From Candidatus Methylomirabilis oxygeniifera (GTDB lineage: Bacteria; Methylomirabilota; Methylomirabilia; Methylomirabilales; Methylomirabilaceae), in assembly GCA_000091165.1 (NCBI GenBank), contig FP565575.1, positions 450,001 through 482,000 of the forward strand: DNA of 32,000 nucleotides, given 5' to 3'. The notes under the pieces are model-generated. The model was given only the letters and a program-made list of their open reading frames with translations, was not told the DNA's origin and did no database searches. This document shows positions 29,196-32,000 of the stretch, one piece after another; positions within the stretch are counted from its first letter, which is position 1, and every line of letters begins with the position of its first letter. The translations under genes and the position numbers were made by a program.

Positions 29196-29543
29196 ATGGA
29201 ATGTCGTGCTGTCGGCCGCTTTATAGGAATTCCACCGCGCAAGGCGAGACTCGTCGTTGACTTGATTCGCGGTCGCGGCATCAATCAGGCTCTTGATACC
29301 GTGCGGTATACGAAGAAGTATGCGGCCAGGGCCATCGAGAAGATTCTCAAATCGGCGCTGGCCAATGCGCAGCATAATCATGGAGCGAAGAATATCGATC
29401 GGTTGTTCGTCAAAGAGGCCTTTGTTGATCAGGGCCCGACCATTAAGCGATTTCGGCCTCGTGCCATGGGACGGGCGAATCCGATTAAGAAACGCAGTAG
29501 CCACATCACTATTGTGCTGATCGAAAAAGAAGCCGCGTTGTGA
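29196..29543 (+). CDS. rplV: 50S ribosomal protein L22
   Basis: MECRAVGRFIGIPPRKARLVVDLIRG is a typical L22 N-terminus. The listed GTG 29187 sits only 2 nt after the SD AAGAGGA (29178-29184). Confidence 0.93.
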   Translation: MECRAVGRFIGIPPRKARLVVDLIRGRGINQALDTVRYTKKYAARAIEKILKSALANAQHNHGAKNIDRLFVKEAFVDQGPTIKRFRPRAMGRANPIKKRSSHITIVLIEKEAAL

Positions 29544-29587
29544 GCGAGCTCTTCGGGAGGCGGTATGTGCCCGTCTCTGTGGGAAAA

Positions 29588-29675
29588 TAGCTGTCAGCGT
29601 CGAGCTGTCGGCTTGAGATGACAATCAGGGACGATTCATAACGTCGGACTGATCGCTGAAGGCTGACAGCTTCTA
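29588..29675. repeat. Heptamer inverted-repeat element (AGCTG / GCTGA core) in an unusually long rplV-rpsC spacer
   Basis: TAGCTGT CAGCGTC GAGCTGT CGGCTTG ... ACTGATC GCTGAAG GCTGACA GCTTCTA. There is a perfect 10-bp closing stem, AGCTGTCAGC 29589-29598 with GCTGACAGCT 29662-29671. Confidence 0.8.
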
Positions 29676-29693
29676 CCAAATGGCGGAGGTGTG

Positions 29694-30401
29694 ATGGGAC
29701 AGAAGGTACACCCTGTAGGATTTCGGCTGGGATTCATCAAGCCGTGGAGGTCGAGATGGTTTGCCATGAAGGGTTATGCGGATGCCCTGCATGAAGACCT
29801 CAAGTTCCGGCGTTTTATCAAGGAACGGGTTTACCACGCCGGTGTATCCGGGATCGATATCGAGCGAAAGGCCGATCAGATTCGCGTCGTGATCCACACC
29901 GCCAGACCCGGCATTATTATCGGAAAGAAGGGCTCCGAGGTCGACAAGCTGAAAGCCGCCCTCTCCGGTATGACAAAGAAACCGATTCAGTTGGACATCG
30001 TCGAAGTTCGAAGAGCGGAACTTGATGCCCAATTGATCGCTGAACAGATCGCCTCCCAATTGATGCGCCGAGTCGCGTTCAGACGGGCTATGAAAAAGAC
30101 CGTACAGTCCTCGATGCGGCTGGGGGCGCAGGGGGTTCAGATCGCATGCGCCGGCCGGCTGGCCGGGGCGGAGATTGCGCGTAGAGAATGGTATCGTGAG
30201 GGACGGATGCCGTTGAACACGCTGCGGGCGAACATCGACTACGGGTTTACCCAGGCGAAGACCACATATGGGCTGATCGGGGTCAAGTGCTGGGTTTACC
30301 ATGGTGAGGCGATGCCGGACACGCTGGCGGCTAAACAGGAACGGGAGATACCCCAAGCGGCCCCGCGAAGGCCCAGGGGGCCCAGCCCGGCACAGGGTTA
30401 G
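29694..30401 (+). CDS. rpsC: 30S ribosomal protein S3
   Basis: [15 protein letters not shown] domain, and a basic/proline-rich C-terminal tail. ATG 29694 is 4 nt after GGAGG. The listed GTG 29691 is too close to the SD. Confidence 0.96.
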   Translation: MGQKVHPVGFRLGFIKPWRSRWFAMKGYADALHEDLKFRRFIKERVYHAGVSGIDIERKADQIRVVIHTARPGIIIGKKGSEVDKLKAALSGMTKKPIQLDIVEVRRAELDAQLIAEQIASQLMRRVAFRRAMKKTVQSSMRLGAQGVQIACAGRLAGAEIARREWYREGRMPLNTLRANIDYGFTQAKTTYGLIGVKCWVYHGEAMPDTLAAKQEREIPQAAPRRPRGPSPAQG

Positions 30402-30409
30402 GACACGCG

Positions 30410-30829
30410 ATGCTGGCACCAAAGCGAGTAAAATTTCGGAAGCAACACCGGGGTAGACGGTCGGGAATCGCAGTTGCCGGATCGGCGTTGGCCTTTGGGG
30501 AATACGGTCTGAAGGCGCTGGAAGCGGCTTGGATTACCAATCGGCAGATCGAGGCAGCCCGTCGCGCCATGACGCGCCATATTAAGAGAGGCGGCAAGGT
30601 GTGGATCCGGATCTTCCCCGATAAGCCGATTACGAAGAAGCCCGCCGAGACCCGGATGGGTAAAGGGAAGGGCGCGCCGGAAGGTTGGGTGGCGGTAGTG
30701 AAGCCCGGACGGGTGCTGTGTGAGATGGAGGGGGTGACGGAGGCGATCGCGAAAGAGGCTATGCGTCTTGCCGCCCATAAACTGCCGATCTCCACGCGAT
30801 TTGTATCACGTACAATGGCGATGAGCTGA
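30410..30829 (+). CDS. rplP: 50S ribosomal protein L16
   Basis: [16 protein letters not shown] ... [22 protein letters not shown]. Confidence 0.97.
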   Translation: MLAPKRVKFRKQHRGRRSGIAVAGSALAFGEYGLKALEAAWITNRQIEAARRAMTRHIKRGGKVWIRIFPDKPITKKPAETRMGKGKGAPEGWVAVVKPGRVLCEMEGVTEAIAKEAMRLAAHKLPISTRFVSRTMAMS

Positions 30830-30837
30830 GGACGACG

Positions 30838-31059
30838 ATGGATGCGAAAGCGTTTCGTCAACTGGGCGCGGCGGAGTTGGAGCAAAAACTCCACGACACA
30901 AGAGATGAGCTTTTTAAGCTGAAGCTGAGGGCCTCGGTCGCGCAACTTGAAAACCCCGCGCGTATCCGGAAACTTCGTCGACAGATTGCCGTCGGAGAGA
31001 CGGTGCGGAGAGAGTCCTTGCGTAAACAGACAGCATCAGAGGTGGAGCCTGCGCCATGA
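30838..31059 (+). CDS. rpmC: 50S ribosomal protein L29
   Basis: [38 protein letters not shown]. Confidence 0.93.
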   Translation: MDAKAFRQLGAAELEQKLHDTRDELFKLKLRASVAQLENPARIRKLRRQIAVGETVRRESLRKQTASEVEPAP

Positions 31060-31325
31060 CCGAACCGAAGAAAAGAGGACGTCGAAAATCCTTAGTGGGG
31101 GTCGTGGTGAGCAACAAGATGCAAAAGACTGTTGTCGTCATGGTTGAGCGCCTCGTGCGACATGAGGCATACGGTAAGATGGTTCGTTGTCGGACGAAGA
31201 TGAAAGCCCACGATGAGGACAATCGATGCGGGATGGGCGATAAGGTAGCCATCGAAGAGGCTCGACCTCTGAGTAAAGAGAAACATTGGCGGGTCACGGA
31301 AATCCTGCAGAAGGCGACTGTTTAA
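31056..31325 (+). CDS. rpsQ: 30S ribosomal protein S17
   Basis: [31 protein letters not shown] ... ATGA overlap with rpmC. Confidence 0.96.
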   Translation: MTEPKKRGRRKSLVGVVVSNKMQKTVVVMVERLVRHEAYGKMVRCRTKMKAHDEDNRCGMGDKVAIEEARPLSKEKHWRVTEILQKATV

Positions 31326-31340
31326 TCCCCTGGAGCAATT

Positions 31341-31709
31341 ATGATTGGTTTGCGAACAATTATGGAGGTGGCCGACAATTCCGGCGCCAAACGGATTTCT
31401 CTGATTAAGGTACTGGGAGGATCCGGCAAGCGGTACGCTCGCTTGGGCGATGTGATCGTCGCGAACGTGAAGGAGGCGGTCCCGGAGGGTTCGGTGAAGA
31501 AGGGCGCCGTCGTGAAGGCGGTTGTGGTCAGGACGTCGAAAGAGCTGCGACGCTCGGATGGCTCTTATATCAAATTCGATCGAAACGCCGCGGTGCTGCT
31601 GAACGAACAGAATAACCCGGTGGGTACGCGGATTTTCGGTCCGGTGGCCCGAGAGCTGCGTGAAGCGCGGTTTATGAAGATTATCTCCCTGGCGCCAGAG
31701 GTGGTTTGA
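31341..31709 (+). CDS. rplN: 50S ribosomal protein L14
   Basis: [27 protein letters not shown] ... FGPVARELR. Confidence 0.97.
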   Translation: MIGLRTIMEVADNSGAKRISLIKVLGGSGKRYARLGDVIVANVKEAVPEGSVKKGAVVKAVVVRTSKELRRSDGSYIKFDRNAAVLLNEQNNPVGTRIFGPVARELREARFMKIISLAPEVV

Positions 31710-31736
31710 GGTCGCGAGGGTTGAATCTGTGAGGAC

Positions 31737-32000
31737 ATGATGGCAGTGGGACAGGGGCTTCCGATCAAGAAAAACGATCTGGTCGCCGTAATTGCAGGGA
31801 AGGACAAGGGGAAGCGGGGCAAGATCGTCAAGGTCATCCCCAAGACTACGCGAGTCCTGGTGGAAAAGGTGAATCTGGTGAAACGCCACACCAAGCCGGG
31901 ACGCGATTCGAAGCAGGGGGGAATTCTTGAACGCGAGAACCCGATACACGCCTCGAACCTGATGTTGGTGTGTAACAAGTGCGATCGTCCTGTCCGCGTC
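31737..32000 (+). CDS. rplX: 50S ribosomal protein L24 (3' end cut by window)
   Basis: Open frame to the window end, absent from the track because there is no stop: [54 protein letters not shown]... It contains a KOW motif. The start may instead be ATG 31740. Confidence 0.9.
   Translation, partial: MMAVGQGLPIKKNDLVAVIAGKDKGKRGKIVKVIPKTTRVLVEKVNLVKRHTKPGRDSKQGGILERENPIHASNLMLVCNKCDRPVRV

Noticed and set aside
811-29690. Whether the periodic intergenic repeats could be CRISPR arrays or a transposon/MITE.
   Set aside because: The units are 7 nt with no unique spacers, so they are far from CRISPR repeat/spacer dimensions. There are no terminal inverted repeats with target-site duplications and no transposase. 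They are better described as REP/STRR-like structured repeats.
29673-30422. 249-aa minus-strand ORF opposite rpsC.
   Set aside because: It is an antisense shadow of a clear S3 gene, and the translation is Pro- and Arg-rich and low-complexity.
31092-31949. 285-aa minus-strand ORF spanning rpsQ, rplN and rplX.
   Set aside because: It crosses three well-supported r-protein genes and their spacers, and it has no recognisable motifs. It is an antisense artefact.
1-32000. A search for defence, toxin-antitoxin, phage, integrase or other accessory systems suggested by the prompt.
   Set aside because: Every ORF of credible coding quality is a recognisable housekeeping gene in conserved order. The PIN domain here is the conserved YacL-type membrane protein, not a VapC toxin with a paired antitoxin.

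Overview
This is a core housekeeping window from a moderately GC-rich bacterium. I cannot assign a taxon without a database search. A single 1365-aa rpoC argues against cyanobacteria. Every gene I can support lies on the + strand. In order: dnaB (3' part), radA, carD/cdnL, a membrane PIN/TRAM (YacL-like) gene, ispD (frameshifted), ispF, cysS and rlmB. Then tRNA-Thr/Tyr/Gly/Thr, tuf copy 1, rpmG, tRNA-Trp, secE, nusG, rplK, rplA, rplJ, rplL, rpoB and rpoC. Then rpsL, rpsG, fusA, tuf copy 2, and the S10 operon rpsJ, rplC, rplD, rplW, rplB, rpsS, rplV, rpsC, rplP, rpmC, rpsQ, rplN and rplX (3' truncated). I found no mobile element, CRISPR array, defence, toxin or secondary-metabolite system, so this is essentially an ordinary conserved region. 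The unusual signal is in the non-coding spacers. At least eight intergenic spacers inside these conserved operons hold inverted-repeat elements built from tandem heptanucleotide units, with four different core sequences but one shared architecture. Two of them (4141-4223 and 11517-11599) belong to one G-tract/C-tract family with G-quadruplex and anti-Shine-Dalgarno-like features. Other points are two tuf copies that appear nucleotide-identical from the ATG to 5 nt past the stop, a +1 frameshift in a G7 run in ispD, a perfect consensus sigma70-type promoter in front of rpsL, a possibly leaderless carD, and a 15-codon uORF overlapping the secE start. All product calls rest on motif recognition and gene order, because no searches were possible.
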